Source of the DNA: Spirochaetia bacterium | Lineage (GTDB): Bacteria; Spirochaetota; Spirochaetia; DSM-2461 | Assembly: GCA_963668315.1 (NCBI GenBank) | Contig: OY764216.1 | Span: forward strand, 2,208,001-2,272,000 | DNA length: 64,000 bases | Direction: 5' to 3' | Shown here: piece after piece, positions 9,906-19,500 of the stretch | Position numbering within the stretch: position 1 is the stretch's first letter | Layout of the letters: the number at the start of each line of letters is the position of its first letter | Position numbers and translations under genes: made by a program | The notes under the pieces: generated by a model | What the model saw: only the letters and a program-made list of their open reading frames with translations | The model's database searches: none | What the model was told of the DNA's origin: nothing

Positions 9906-11102
9906 ATGAAAAAAACGCTTTTTAACCTGGCTCTAATACTGATGGCTCTCTCCTTCTCCTGGGCTGAGACTCAAATCTCTTATATGCCCAGCTACGGCTG
10001 GTATAACCCCCGTATTCTGGGAATGGGCGGCGAAGTCAGTGCCGATCCGGACGGTTTCTCCTCCTTCGTTTCCAATCCCGCCGGCTTCGTGGGGGATAAG
10101 AAGGTCGATAAAGAGACCGGTGAAGTCGGTACAAAGAAAGAATTCACCCTCTTTTCACTTCAGGCTGCCATGATCGCCAATCCCTTTCAGGCTGTCGATA
10201 TGGCGGGCTCCATGGAGGACGGGCAGGATTCCATGTCCGCCTTTGTGGACTTTGCCCTGGCCCAGCTGGAAGAGAACGGCATGGGCGCCCGCACGGACCT
10301 GGCGGTGGCCAGTTATGCCGGAGGAGGCTGGGGAATCGGTACTTTTATATCCGCGGGAACCATGTTTCCCCAATCCGACCTGGCCCTGGCCACGGAAGGG
10401 GAGCTCACCGTGGACGGGGTTTTTGAGATAGGGTACGCCCGGGAATTCGAACTGCCCCTCTTTGATCTGACCGTGGGGGGAGATCTCAGGCCGATGTACC
10501 GCATGCTTGTCCCTCTGACCGCCGATCAGCTTCTCGACGGAATTCCCGATACCTCCGCTCTGCCGGCGACCTACGGATTCGGTATCGGATTCGATGGGGG
10601 GGCTACCCTGGAGTGGCGGGAGATGACCGCCGCTCTCGCTCTGCGTGATATCGGGCATACGAAATATATGATGTATGAAGCTCCTCTCGCCGATGTGGGC
10701 AATTTCTCTTCCGGGGCCGCCTCGGATATTCAGTACACCACTCCCATGTCCCTGACGGTGGGATTCGGTTATGAGCCCGAGCTTCCCCGAATAGGCTGGC
10801 TTGTGGATATGAGTTTCGTGGCATCCTACAAGCATGATCTCCTGATCGGGCTGGATCCTCTCTCCTACTACGGCTATACCCAGAGCTCTTTCTACAAATC
10901 CCTCCACATGGGTGTGGAGACAAAGTGGATCGATCTCATCTACCTCCGGGCGGGATTGAACGGCGGATACTTCACCGCCGGAACGGGGATTGATTTTGTC
11001 ATAGGCGAACTGAATATGGCCGTCTTCTCCACCGAGACGGGACGGACGGCGGGGCAGACTTCCGAAATGGGAGCGTCCATGGAACTGGCTTTCCGGTGGT
11101 AG
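9906..11102 (+). CDS. Outer-membrane beta-barrel, FadL/PorV/TraF-like
   Basis: Signal peptide, PRILGMGG and NPAG motifs, alternating strands, C-terminal ELAFRW. Confidence 0.7.
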   Translation: MKKTLFNLALILMALSFSWAETQISYMPSYGWYNPRILGMGGEVSADPDGFSSFVSNPAGFVGDKKVDKETGEVGTKKEFTLFSLQAAMIANPFQAVDMAGSMEDGQDSMSAFVDFALAQLEENGMGARTDLAVASYAGGGWGIGTFISAGTMFPQSDLALATEGELTVDGVFEIGYAREFELPLFDLTVGGDLRPMYRMLVPLTADQLLDGIPDTSALPATYGFGIGFDGGATLEWREMTAALALRDIGHTKYMMYEAPLADVGNFSSGAASDIQYTTPMSLTVGFGYEPELPRIGWLVDMSFVASYKHDLLIGLDPLSYYGYTQSSFYKSLHMGVETKWIDLIYLRAGLNGGYFTAGTGIDFVIGELNMAVFSTETGRTAGQTSEMGASMELAFRW

Positions 11103-11156
11103 CCGGAGGGCAAAAGGGACGTGAAAAAAAACTTTGAAAAAGTTTTGACATTTATG

Positions 11157-11185
11157 TTGACACTTTTTTCAATCCCATGTATATT
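11157..11185 (+). promoter_or_regulatory. sigma70 promoter of the tRNA-Lys/Glu operon
   Basis: TTGACA-N17-TATATT. Confidence 0.75.
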
Positions 11186-11207
11186 CTAGCTCGTTCGTTA
11201 GAGCGAT

Positions 11208-11280
11208 GGGCCGCTAGCTCAGTCGGTAGAGCAACGCCCTTTTAAGGCGTGGGTCACTGGTTCGAACCCAGTGCGGCTCA
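11208..11280 (+). tRNA. tRNA-Lys(UUU)
   Basis: Cloverleaf; anticodon arm ACGCC-CTTTTAA-GGCGT; T loop GGTTCGAACCC. Confidence 0.96.
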
Positions 11281-11316
11281 TATCAGTTCCACGGCCTAAA
11301 GGTTTTGGATCTTTAT

Positions 11317-11388
11317 GTCTCCATCGTCTAGGGGTTAGGACACCAGGTTTTCATCCTGGCAGCGGGGGTTCGATTCCCCCTGGAGATG
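11317..11388 (+). tRNA. tRNA-Glu(UUC)
   Basis: Anticodon arm CCAGG-TTTTCAT-CCTGG; T loop GGTTCGATTCC. Confidence 0.96.
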
Positions 11389-11391
11389 CTT

Positions 11392-11421
11392 AAAGCACCG
11401 GTTTACCGGTGCTTTTTTTTT
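11392..11421 (+). terminator. Intrinsic terminator after the tRNAs
   Basis: AAAGCACCGGT-TT-ACCGGTGCTTT followed by a T-run. Confidence 0.85.
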
Positions 11422-11449
11422 GCCCTTTGCTTTATCGCACTTTCCCTTA

Positions 11450-12562
11450 TTAAGGGGACGTCAGAAGGTCGGCCCATATAATGCCCTGACCGGAAGGCAC
11501 ATCCCTTGTAAGGATCTTTCCCATGGCGTAGGGGGCATCACAGGGTTCCAGGCCGGGTCTGAGGATCTTTTCCGTGCGGAGGAGGGCCGTATTCGCCTCT
11601 GAAAGGACGGTGCCCGCCTTCAGATCAGTAAGGGCATGGAGTGAGCGGTTTGTCCGTCCGTAGTTATCCCTTTCAGCAGGCGCCAGGGTTTTTCTTCCCG
11701 TTCCCATAACCGCGGCGACGAGATCGTCTCCCACTCTTTTTTTTAGCCTTTTCATCTGTTCTTCTTCGGTGAATCCGGCCGCTTCTCCCACTTCTTCGAC
11801 CATGCGGGCGAAGTCTTCCGCTTCCAGGGCAATGGGATCGTCCAGGCCCCCGTCGTCATGGCGGAGGCAAAAATGCTTTTCAATGACGGAACAGCCCGCT
11901 GCCGTTGCCGCCAGGGGAACAATATAGGGATCGGTGCTGTGGTCGGATACCCCGACGGCGCAGCCGAAGAGGGAGCGGTAGTGGGGCAGAAGGGATATAT
12001 TGTACTCCTCCGGCGGGGCGGGGTAGGAGGTGACGCAGTGGAGCAGGGTCGTATGGGAGTCGGGATCAAAAAGGTTCAGAGCCCTCTCTATATCGGCCAG
12101 CAGGGATACGCCGGAGGAGAGAATGATCTTCCGGCCCTTTTCCTCCTGCTGCCAGAGGGAGGCCTTTTCCAGAAGGGGAAGGTAATTCAGCTCGGGGGAA
12201 GCTATCTTGATAATTTCCGTCCCCATCTCTGCCACGAGGGACCAGCTCTCGGGACCGAAGGGCGTCGGAAGATATCCGATCCCTTCCTTCCGGCAGGAGA
12301 GCCTCAGCGCTTCATAGAAGTCCCTCTGCTGCTCGAGGTTCCTGAACACATCGTAAAGGGGGGTCACGCCTCCCGGCAGGGGAACATCTCCCGTGTTGGG
12401 ATGGATGATGTCCCGGGCAAAGACTACCTGGAATTTCGCGAAGTCCGCCCCTGCTTCGGCGGCTCTGGCGATGAGTTCCTGTGCTTTATCAAGGGAACCG
12501 CCATGGCCAGTTCCCAATTCTGCTATGATGAGCGGTTTCAATAAATCCCCCTGAAATACCAA
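11450..12562 (-). CDS. NeuB/SpsE family nonulosonic acid synthase with C-terminal SAF domain
   Basis: IIAELG..H.G, KFQ, KIAS, LHCVTSYP, SDH, EKHF; TTG start uncertain. Confidence 0.88.
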   Translation of the reverse strand: MVFQGDLLKPLIIAELGTGHGGSLDKAQELIARAAEAGADFAKFQVVFARDIIHPNTGDVPLPGGVTPLYDVFRNLEQQRDFYEALRLSCRKEGIGYLPTPFGPESWSLVAEMGTEIIKIASPELNYLPLLEKASLWQQEEKGRKIILSSGVSLLADIERALNLFDPDSHTTLLHCVTSYPAPPEEYNISLLPHYRSLFGCAVGVSDHSTDPYIVPLAATAAGCSVIEKHFCLRHDDGGLDDPIALEAEDFARMVEEVGEAAGFTEEEQMKRLKKRVGDDLVAAVMGTGRKTLAPAERDNYGRTNRSLHALTDLKAGTVLSEANTALLRTEKILRPGLEPCDAPYAMGKILTRDVPSGQGIIWADLLTSP

Positions 12563-12636
12563 AAAAAAAGGCCTTTCCTTGAAAAGAATATCGGTAAACT
12601 TGATATTATTTAATAAGGTTATATAATAATAGTAAC

Positions 12637-13323
12637 ATGGAAAGCATTTTTATTGTTGAAGATAACGAATCAATTCGTGAAGCTGTGGCCGGTTATTTGA
12701 AGTTAGCCGATTATAATGTGACTCAATTTGAAGGGGTAACCGGAGTAAAGGACGCGATTATTGAAAAAAAACCGGATTTGCTTATCCTGGATGTAATGCT
12801 GCCCGACGGGGACGGCTTTATTTTTGCCAAGGAACTCAGGCAGTACAGCCGTGTGCCCCTGATCTTTCTTTCGGCGAGAGAGTCCGAGTCGGACCGTATC
12901 ACCGGCTTTGAGATTGGAGCCGATGACTATATTGTTAAGCCCTTCAGTTCAAAGGAACTTGTCCTGCGCGTCGCCGCCGTCTTGAGGCGGGCCAGCAAGA
13001 ACGCTCAGGTCACCGAAGGAACCGTATGGAAACTGGGAAATGACGTTCTGGATTTCGATGAAGGTTCCCACAGGGCCCTTCTTAACGGCGAAGAGCTGAA
13101 ACTGACGGCGGCGGAGTGGAAGATCCTTGTTTTCCTCTCCTCAAGCGGTAACGCCGTTGTCTCCCGTGAACAGATTCTGGATCAGTGTCTGGAGTACTCA
13201 TTCGACGGTTATGACAGAACTGTCGATACCCATATAAAAAATCTCCGGGCTAAACTGGGCCGCCCCGACTGGGTCGAAACCGTAAGGGGATACGGCTACC
13301 GCTTTGCCGGCGAGCTGAAATGA
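12637..13323 (+). CDS. OmpR family response regulator
   Basis: VEDN, LDVMLP, GADDYIVKPF, RTVDTHIKNLR, TVRGYGY. Confidence 0.95.
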   Translation: MESIFIVEDNESIREAVAGYLKLADYNVTQFEGVTGVKDAIIEKKPDLLILDVMLPDGDGFIFAKELRQYSRVPLIFLSARESESDRITGFEIGADDYIVKPFSSKELVLRVAAVLRRASKNAQVTEGTVWKLGNDVLDFDEGSHRALLNGEELKLTAAEWKILVFLSSSGNAVVSREQILDQCLEYSFDGYDRTVDTHIKNLRAKLGRPDWVETVRGYGYRFAGELK

Positions 13324-14327
13324 GTTCTTCGGAAAACTCCAAATGGTCTCTCCTGAGCCTTTCTATCGGTGTGCTGATTCTCATGGCGGTTGGTATCGTA
13401 TTTCTCTTTTTTTATCAATCCCTTCTGATCGTCGCCGGGCTGCTGCTTCTGACAGGCCTATCTGTTTTTCTGGCTTATCGTGGTTTTGACAAGACCCGAA
13501 AGAGGATGAACGGCCTCTCTCTGGCAACAAAGGCTCTCTCTATGAAACTGACGGCTCTGGCCAACGGTGAAAGGGAGGTCAGTTTTTATACGAAAAACCC
13601 ATCCGAATTCAATGAGATCGCCCAGGCGGCCGAGCTTCTTCAGTATGAACTGGATAAGAATGAGAAAGAGAGGGTGCGGTGGAGTCAGGACATTACCCAT
13701 GACCTGAGAACTCCCATTACAGCCATGAAAATACAGCTTGAGGGAATGCGGGACGGAGTTCTTACCCCATCTGAGGATCGCTACAGGCTTCTTTTCAAGG
13801 AGATCAATGAACTTGAAATCATGCTGAGCGACTTCTCCCTGCTGAATCGCATCGAGACGCCCGACCTGGTGCTTCAGAAAGAGTGGCTGTCCAGTGAGGA
13901 GATAATAAAAACTCTCTACGAGCGTTTTAATTATCTGGCCGACAAAGGCGGCATCAACCTCATCGCCCGGTGGGATAAATTCTATTTCAAGGCAGATTCC
14001 TCCCTCTTTATTAGAGCCGCCTCCAATCTGATCCAGAATGCCCTTTCCTATTCATCATCCGGTGCGGAGGTGCATCTTTCTTTCCGCCTTTACGACAATA
14101 TGATCCAGCTGACCGTGGAAAATCCCGGTAATATTCCCGAAGAGGAGCTTCCTCTTCTCTTTCAGAGACTCTACCGGGGAGAGAGCAGCCGTACGACCAG
14201 CGGTTCCGGTCTTGGATTAACCATAGCCAAATCCATTGCCCAGCTTCATCAGGGTGATATACAGGCCATGAACAGCAACAGGGGAACCACTCTTTTTATT
14301 ATGACGATCAATATGGTCATCAGTTAA
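13320..14327 (+). CDS. Sensor histidine kinase with very short inter-TM loop
   Basis: Two adjacent TM segments, HDLRTP H-box, NLIQNA, GSGLGL. Confidence 0.93.
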   Translation: MSSSENSKWSLLSLSIGVLILMAVGIVFLFFYQSLLIVAGLLLLTGLSVFLAYRGFDKTRKRMNGLSLATKALSMKLTALANGEREVSFYTKNPSEFNEIAQAAELLQYELDKNEKERVRWSQDITHDLRTPITAMKIQLEGMRDGVLTPSEDRYRLLFKEINELEIMLSDFSLLNRIETPDLVLQKEWLSSEEIIKTLYERFNYLADKGGINLIARWDKFYFKADSSLFIRAASNLIQNALSYSSSGAEVHLSFRLYDNMIQLTVENPGNIPEEELPLLFQRLYRGESSRTTSGSGLGLTIAKSIAQLHQGDIQAMNSNRGTTLFIMTINMVIS

Positions 14328-14368
14328 AAAGACTATACATATGTAAGGTGTTATAGTATGATACTGTC

Positions 14369-15694
14369 ATGCCTGCCTTCGTACGCGCTCCCACCGTGGA
14401 GGAAAAACTTGATATCCTGACTGAGTCGGCCCGTTATGATGTCTGCCTCGCTTCCTGCAACGGAAGAACCGGAGGCGGAAGCGGCAGGGTCAGGGATCCC
14501 CATTCTCCCCTGAACCGCTGGATTTATCCGGCGGCCGTTCCGGGCGGGGGCATGGTTCACATGCTTAAAGTCCTTATGAGCAATGTCTGCGTGAATAACT
14601 GCCGTTACTGCTTCTTCGCTTCCCGGAGAAACTGCGGCAGGCGGACCTCGTTCCGCCCGGAAGAGCTGGCGGCGGTATTTATGAAGTTTTACCGGGCCGG
14701 CGAGGTAAGCGGGCTATTCCTCTCTTCGGGAATAAGAGGGGGAGCGGAGGAGACCATGGAGGCTATGGTAAAAACGGTCCTTCTTCTTCGTGAGAGGTAC
14801 CGATTCCCCGGATATATTCATTTGAAAATACTGCCCGGAGTCTCTCCTGGGCTTGTGGAAGAGGCCGTCCGTCTCTCCAACCGTATTTCCCTGAACCTTG
14901 AAGCTCCCACGGGAGACTATCTGGCCAGAATTGCTCCTGAAAAGGGATTCCGCGACGATCTTATGAAACGGATGGAATGGACGGGCCGGCTTATCCAAAA
15001 GGGAGAGGGCAGGACCGTCAGCCAGACAACCCAGTTCGTTGTGGGCCCTTCGGGTGAGAGCGATCGGGATATCATGAAAACCGTTGACTGGATCTACCGG
15101 GAAAGATATGTTTTCCGATCCTATTTTTCGGCCTATCAGAATCCCGACCTTCCCCTCGCCCAGGGAGGTAGGGAAAAGGACTCCCTTTTAAGAGAGCACC
15201 GCCTCTATCAGTGTGATTTTCTATTGAGGGCATACGGATTCCGTCTTCCCGATCTGGTATTCGACGGGGCGGACCGGATTCCCCTCCAGACCGATCCGAA
15301 AACAGCCTGGGCTCTGATGAACGGGGATAAATTTCCTGTGGACATCAACCGGGCCGATGAGACGGCACTGATGCGTGTCCCGGGGATAGGCCCCTTGTCA
15401 GCCTCCAGAATCGTCGCCTGGAGAAAGGAGACCCCTTTCCGCACTCTGGATGATCTGCGCCCCACGGGGTGCGTGGTAAAGAGGGCTTCTTCCTTTGTCG
15501 AATTTTCCGGGAAGAGAGGAGGGGAGGCTCAGCCCTATCTATTCGATATGGAACCGCCGGCAAAGTGGAAGATGGGAACCGATCCCTGGCAGAAGGAGAA
15601 AATCCGGGGAAATTATGAGTACCCCGCACAAAAGGGGAAAACGGTGAATTACCTTTTCAAGGGGAAGAACACCCCGCCGGTCTACTGCCGCTGA
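14369..15694 (+). CDS. Putative DNA modification/repair radical SAM protein (TIGR03916-like) with HhH
   Basis: KLDIL..SARYD, CVNNCRYC, GLFLSSG, YIHLK, REHRLYQ, RVPGIG. Confidence 0.88.
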   Translation: MPAFVRAPTVEEKLDILTESARYDVCLASCNGRTGGGSGRVRDPHSPLNRWIYPAAVPGGGMVHMLKVLMSNVCVNNCRYCFFASRRNCGRRTSFRPEELAAVFMKFYRAGEVSGLFLSSGIRGGAEETMEAMVKTVLLLRERYRFPGYIHLKILPGVSPGLVEEAVRLSNRISLNLEAPTGDYLARIAPEKGFRDDLMKRMEWTGRLIQKGEGRTVSQTTQFVVGPSGESDRDIMKTVDWIYRERYVFRSYFSAYQNPDLPLAQGGREKDSLLREHRLYQCDFLLRAYGFRLPDLVFDGADRIPLQTDPKTAWALMNGDKFPVDINRADETALMRVPGIGPLSASRIVAWRKETPFRTLDDLRPTGCVVKRASSFVEFSGKRGGEAQPYLFDMEPPAKWKMGTDPWQKEKIRGNYEYPAQKGKTVNYLFKGKNTPPVYCR

Positions 15695-15704
15695 GGCAGA
15701 GAGA

Positions 15705-16520
15705 TCACTCACTTTCGTATTCTGCGGAAAACCAGTTGAAAAGAGCTTTCATTCGATTGTAAAAGGACTGGGAGGCTTTATCCACAATGAAACTCAGCCC
15801 AAGTGTCTTCGCCGTCATGACTCCGTAGTAAAGTATTCCCTCCTCTGTGGGAATTACCATGACATCTGTATGAAAATTCCCCTTGTCCATAACACGGAGC
15901 ACGCCGTTAATCTTCATATTCGTCGTATTTTCCATAGACATAAGGAGGCTGTCCTTACTGGTCTTTATTTCAACTGCCGATCTGTTCGACCCAAACGTCA
16001 GATCCTTCTGGTGTATATAGAAGGTCGTTTCTTCAGGAAGGGAGGTGAACTGGAGATCTTCAAGGGGCTCCTTGCTCTTGGGGTCTTCTATTCTCCAGCA
16101 CTCTTCGAAGAGAAGCCGCATCTCTTCCCGGCTTGCGGAGTAGTATTGCAGACCTTCGAGCCGGCTGACACGGGAGAGAATATTCAGAATCAGAAGAATT
16201 TCATCATCATTCTGCTCCCTTTCGGGGATAAAGAAGATACCCTCTATGGAGAAGTTTCCCCCCAGCTGCGCCAGTTGTGAGCGCAGTTCCGCGGAGTGGC
16301 TGATTTCCGGCATCAGTTCCGGTTCGGTGTCTTCGAAATGGAAAAGGGTAATTTCTCCGTTTCCATTGAGTTCAGCCCGTTCTTCATCGGTAAGAAAATC
16401 AGAAATGGAAGGAAGGGCGCTCAGGAAAGGAATGAACAGAAAGAGAAGCAAAGCTGCGGAAAAAGCTTTTTTACAAAAAAAAGGCATCAAACTAACCTCC
16501 GTATCGCCACACTTTACCAC
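15705..16520 (-). CDS. Exported hypothetical protein (spirochete DUF6675-like)
   Basis: Signal-like segment, LEGLQYYSASR, QKDLTFG, SFYNRMKAL; start is GTG 16520 or ATG 16487. Confidence 0.65.
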   Translation of the reverse strand: MVKCGDTEVSLMPFFCKKAFSAALLLFLFIPFLSALPSISDFLTDEERAELNGNGEITLFHFEDTEPELMPEISHSAELRSQLAQLGGNFSIEGIFFIPEREQNDDEILLILNILSRVSRLEGLQYYSASREEMRLLFEECWRIEDPKSKEPLEDLQFTSLPEETTFYIHQKDLTFGSNRSAVEIKTSKDSLLMSMENTTNMKINGVLRVMDKGNFHTDVMVIPTEEGILYYGVMTAKTLGLSFIVDKASQSFYNRMKALFNWFSAEYESE

Positions 16521-16609
16521 TTCTTTTACGATAGAGTAAACAGAAATCTTTCAAGGCGCTGTTTTTTACCGTTTTTTGGGGTAGAATTAGGGTGCTAAGG
16601 AGCTAATTA

Positions 16610-17797
16610 ATGAGAAAACTATGTATTTTATCGATCTTGCTTGTTACCGGTTTGGGACTCTTTGCTCAGGAATCGGCCAGTCTTGAAGAGCTGCGCCTCT
16701 TCTCCCGGTCCGCTATTCTCAAAGCCGAACAGCAGGCCCGAATCAAGGACGCCGATTCCGTTGTCCTGGGGGATTTCCTTTATGAGGGAATGACGACTCC
16801 CCTGGGACGGCTGATGGCCGATCTTCTGACCGCGGGGCTGACCAACAGCTCGACTCTGAATGTCATCATGAATCCCGGCCTTCTTCGAAGCGAGGGTACA
16901 AACTGGCTGACGATTCAGGGAGTCGTCCATAAGGTGGATGACGTTATCTATATGCAGCTGAAGGTCCTCGACGGACTTACATCCAATCCCCTGGCCGTTG
17001 TGGAAAAAACCACGAACTACGGTCCCATGGCCGAGTTGCTGACTGTGGAGAGCTATGACGATTATTACGATACCCCCATGGTAAGCGAAGACTACTTTAT
17101 GGAACCAAACGATGATCCTTACAGCTCTGTTGAATACACCCTGGAAGACAACTACGAACTGGCTCTGACCCGGGGTGATGCGGACTGGTTCTATTTTAAC
17201 GTTACCGAAGATGAAATAACCGATGATGCCCTGATGGTAGAAATCTATACCACCGGAGATACGGATACTTTGATGACCGTATACGGGCCCGATGATTCGG
17301 ATCTTTATATGGGAGAATCGGACGATTATATCGACAGTAATGCCGGAATGGTTCTGACGATTACCGAACCGGGAACATACTGGGTCGTCGTCTCGGGTTA
17401 TTCCGATGACACCAGCGGTTACTACCACCTGGTATCGGAAACCTCACCGGTCGCCTTCGCCGATGAATACGAACCGAACAATACCCATGACAACGCGACG
17501 CCGCTGAGTGTGGGAGACGAGCAGGATCACGCCTTCGCGGCGGGAGACAGCCTTGATGTCTTCCAGTTTACCCTGGACAGTTCGGAAGAAGTGGTACTCT
17601 ACACGGAAAGCAACATGGACACCTATATGGACCTCTATGATGAGTTCGGCAACTATGTGGCCAGCGATGATGACGGCGGAAAGGATTCCAACGCCCGTCT
17701 TCAGGTCGATCTTAACAGGGGAACCTACTTCCTTGAGGTACGTCCCTACGATGAAGGAACTTCCGGTTCCTACAGACTGATCTACACCTACGAATAG
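16610..17797 (+). CDS. Secreted protein with tandem PPC (pre-peptidase C-terminal)-like domains
   Basis: Signal peptide; repeated EPND/EPNN, D.D.F, DT...YD, DDDGG..NA, GTY. Confidence 0.75.
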   Translation: MRKLCILSILLVTGLGLFAQESASLEELRLFSRSAILKAEQQARIKDADSVVLGDFLYEGMTTPLGRLMADLLTAGLTNSSTLNVIMNPGLLRSEGTNWLTIQGVVHKVDDVIYMQLKVLDGLTSNPLAVVEKTTNYGPMAELLTVESYDDYYDTPMVSEDYFMEPNDDPYSSVEYTLEDNYELALTRGDADWFYFNVTEDEITDDALMVEIYTTGDTDTLMTVYGPDDSDLYMGESDDYIDSNAGMVLTITEPGTYWVVVSGYSDDTSGYYHLVSETSPVAFADEYEPNNTHDNATPLSVGDEQDHAFAAGDSLDVFQFTLDSSEEVVLYTESNMDTYMDLYDEFGNYVASDDDGGKDSNARLQVDLNRGTYFLEVRPYDEGTSGSYRLIYTYE

Positions 17798-19500
17798 AGA
17801 CGGGAAAATATTTTCCGGTGGTATCGCAGAGAGCGCAGCAGTTCCCCGTACAGGGTAAGGCTGTTGCGGATGATCGAGATGCCGCCGGTTACCTGGCTCT
17901 CTTCCAGGGCCTGCAGATGGGGCTGGATAAGAAAGCCGCCTATCTCACGGGCGGCTTCCCCGGCGATGATTCTGTCCAGGCTGTCCAATTTTGACAGCCA
18001 TTCGTCCAGGCATGCCCCTTCCCTATAGGCCTCTTCCAGTTTCCGGGCCGTTTTCTCCGCTTCGGCAACCGGTTCAATGGCCATATCCAGAGATTTTATC
18101 AACTCCTCGACCTTCCCTTTGACATCGTGCCGGTGCCCTTCGTTTGAAGAGATCAGTTCCGATTTCCTTTTCTCAATTTCCCGGCGGACAGGGGGAAGAG
18201 ATAAGAGGGATTCCAGAGGCTGGAAGGGCATGCCGTCTATGAAGGAACCTTTCCAGGAGAGATTGAAGGTTTCCAGGGGACTTTTTTTCACCTGCTCGGA
18301 AAACCAGCTTATATAGACCTGCATGCGCTGATCGGAGAGAACGGGGTCATTCCGGTAGTTGCGCCTGATCTGCATGGGAGCGGAATGGAGGGCCTGCCAG
18401 GTCCAGTCTTCCGGTCCGGCCAGTCTCGCGGACTGGTAGTTGACCCTTTCTTCAAAAAAACTGCCCCGGCAGTGGGTCTGCTTGCCCGGGTATCCCAGAT
18501 CAAGCCCGGCGCAGTGGATGGACCGGCAGCCGAGGACATGGGCCAGATCCCAGGCCGCCGTAGCCACGGAACCTCCCGATTTCAGCGATATGTCCAGGAA
18601 GTCCTTTTCCAGAACGGCTGCCAGGGGAAAGGGGGAGCGGGAAAGATAGAGGGGACCGGAGAAATTCCTCAGGGTCCTGGGATGAACCGAAGTATCGGAT
18701 ACCACCATGGTGCCGGTGAAATCACAGAAATCCAGATGGCGAGTGTTCCAGTACTGGGGATCGGTAACGACAAGAAAATCAGCCCGAATCCCGTGTTTCT
18801 GCAAATTCCCGAAAGAGGTATCCACGGCGATAACAATCATCCTCTCCGAAAGTTCCTGGAGACGGGGCAGGGTCTCCTCCAGTGAGGGACCCGCGGCCAC
18901 CAGCAGGGCGGGCATATCGGTAAAACTGCCGGAAAGGCGGGACAGGGCTTCCCCCCGGGCCAGCAGGGGCAGATTGGCGGCGAGGTTTCTGATCCAGAGT
19001 CGGCCGAAACGGGTCAGGGTGTTCATGTTGATCTCCCGCCTGTCCAGCCAGCGGTTGGCCACGTCCCTTACTCCGTCGTAGTAATCCCTGTCGCGGTTGT
19101 AAAGTGTGGTATGGGGGATGATATCGAAGCTGGAAATCTGTTTCTCCCTGAAAAAGGGAGTCAGATTCTCCGGATCTCCTCCCAGAAAGAAAAAGACCCG
19201 GTCCGACTCCGTCAGAAGGGATAGATCCCGGGCCCGGGAGACTTCTTCAAAGAGTTCCGGTACTTTTTCCACAACAATGAGAGGAATATCCCGAGTCGCC
19301 CTGAGATAGGCTTCTATCTGGTAGCCCATTCCCATTCCCAGGAAAAGAGCGGCCCGGGCTTTTCGGTCCCGCCGGGCGGATATCCTTTCCGCCTCCCTTC
19401 GGGGATCATGGCGCGAACAGAGGGAAATCCCGTCGAACGTACCGGCTGTCGGTCCGGCCTTTGAGGGAAAGAAAGAAAATCCTTCGCTTTCCCCGATCAT
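17788..19500 (-). CDS. Maf/DUF115 family (motility-associated factor glycosyltransferase-like)
   Basis: SRHDPRREA, AAGPSL, AVDT, VTDPQ, GGSVA, GLDL. Confidence 0.82.
   Translation of the reverse strand: MIGESEGFSFFPSKAGPTAGTFDGISLCSRHDPRREAERISARRDRKARAALFLGMGMGYQIEAYLRATRDIPLIVVEKVPELFEEVSRARDLSLLTESDRVFFFLGGDPENLTPFFREKQISSFDIIPHTTLYNRDRDYYDGVRDVANRWLDRREINMNTLTRFGRLWIRNLAANLPLLARGEALSRLSGSFTDMPALLVAAGPSLEETLPRLQELSERMIVIAVDTSFGNLQKHGIRADFLVVTDPQYWNTRHLDFCDFTGTMVVSDTSVHPRTLRNFSGPLYLSRSPFPLAAVLEKDFLDISLKSGGSVATAAWDLAHVLGCRSIHCAGLDLGYPGKQTHCRGSFFEERVNYQSARLAGPEDWTWQALHSAPMQIRRNYRNDPVLSDQRMQVYISWFSEQVKKSPLETFNLSWKGSFIDGMPFQPLESLLSLPPVRREIEKRKSELISSNEGHRHDVKGKVEELIKSLDMAIEPVAEAEKTARKLEEAYREGACLDEWLSKLDSLDRIIAGEAAREIGGFLIQPHLQALEESQVTGGISIIRNSLTLYGELLRSLRYHRKIFSRLYS

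Noticed and set aside
12561..12569. A9 tract at the NeuB start as a phase-variation site
   Set aside because: Similar homopolymers are common in the intergenic DNA here and there is no evidence of length variation
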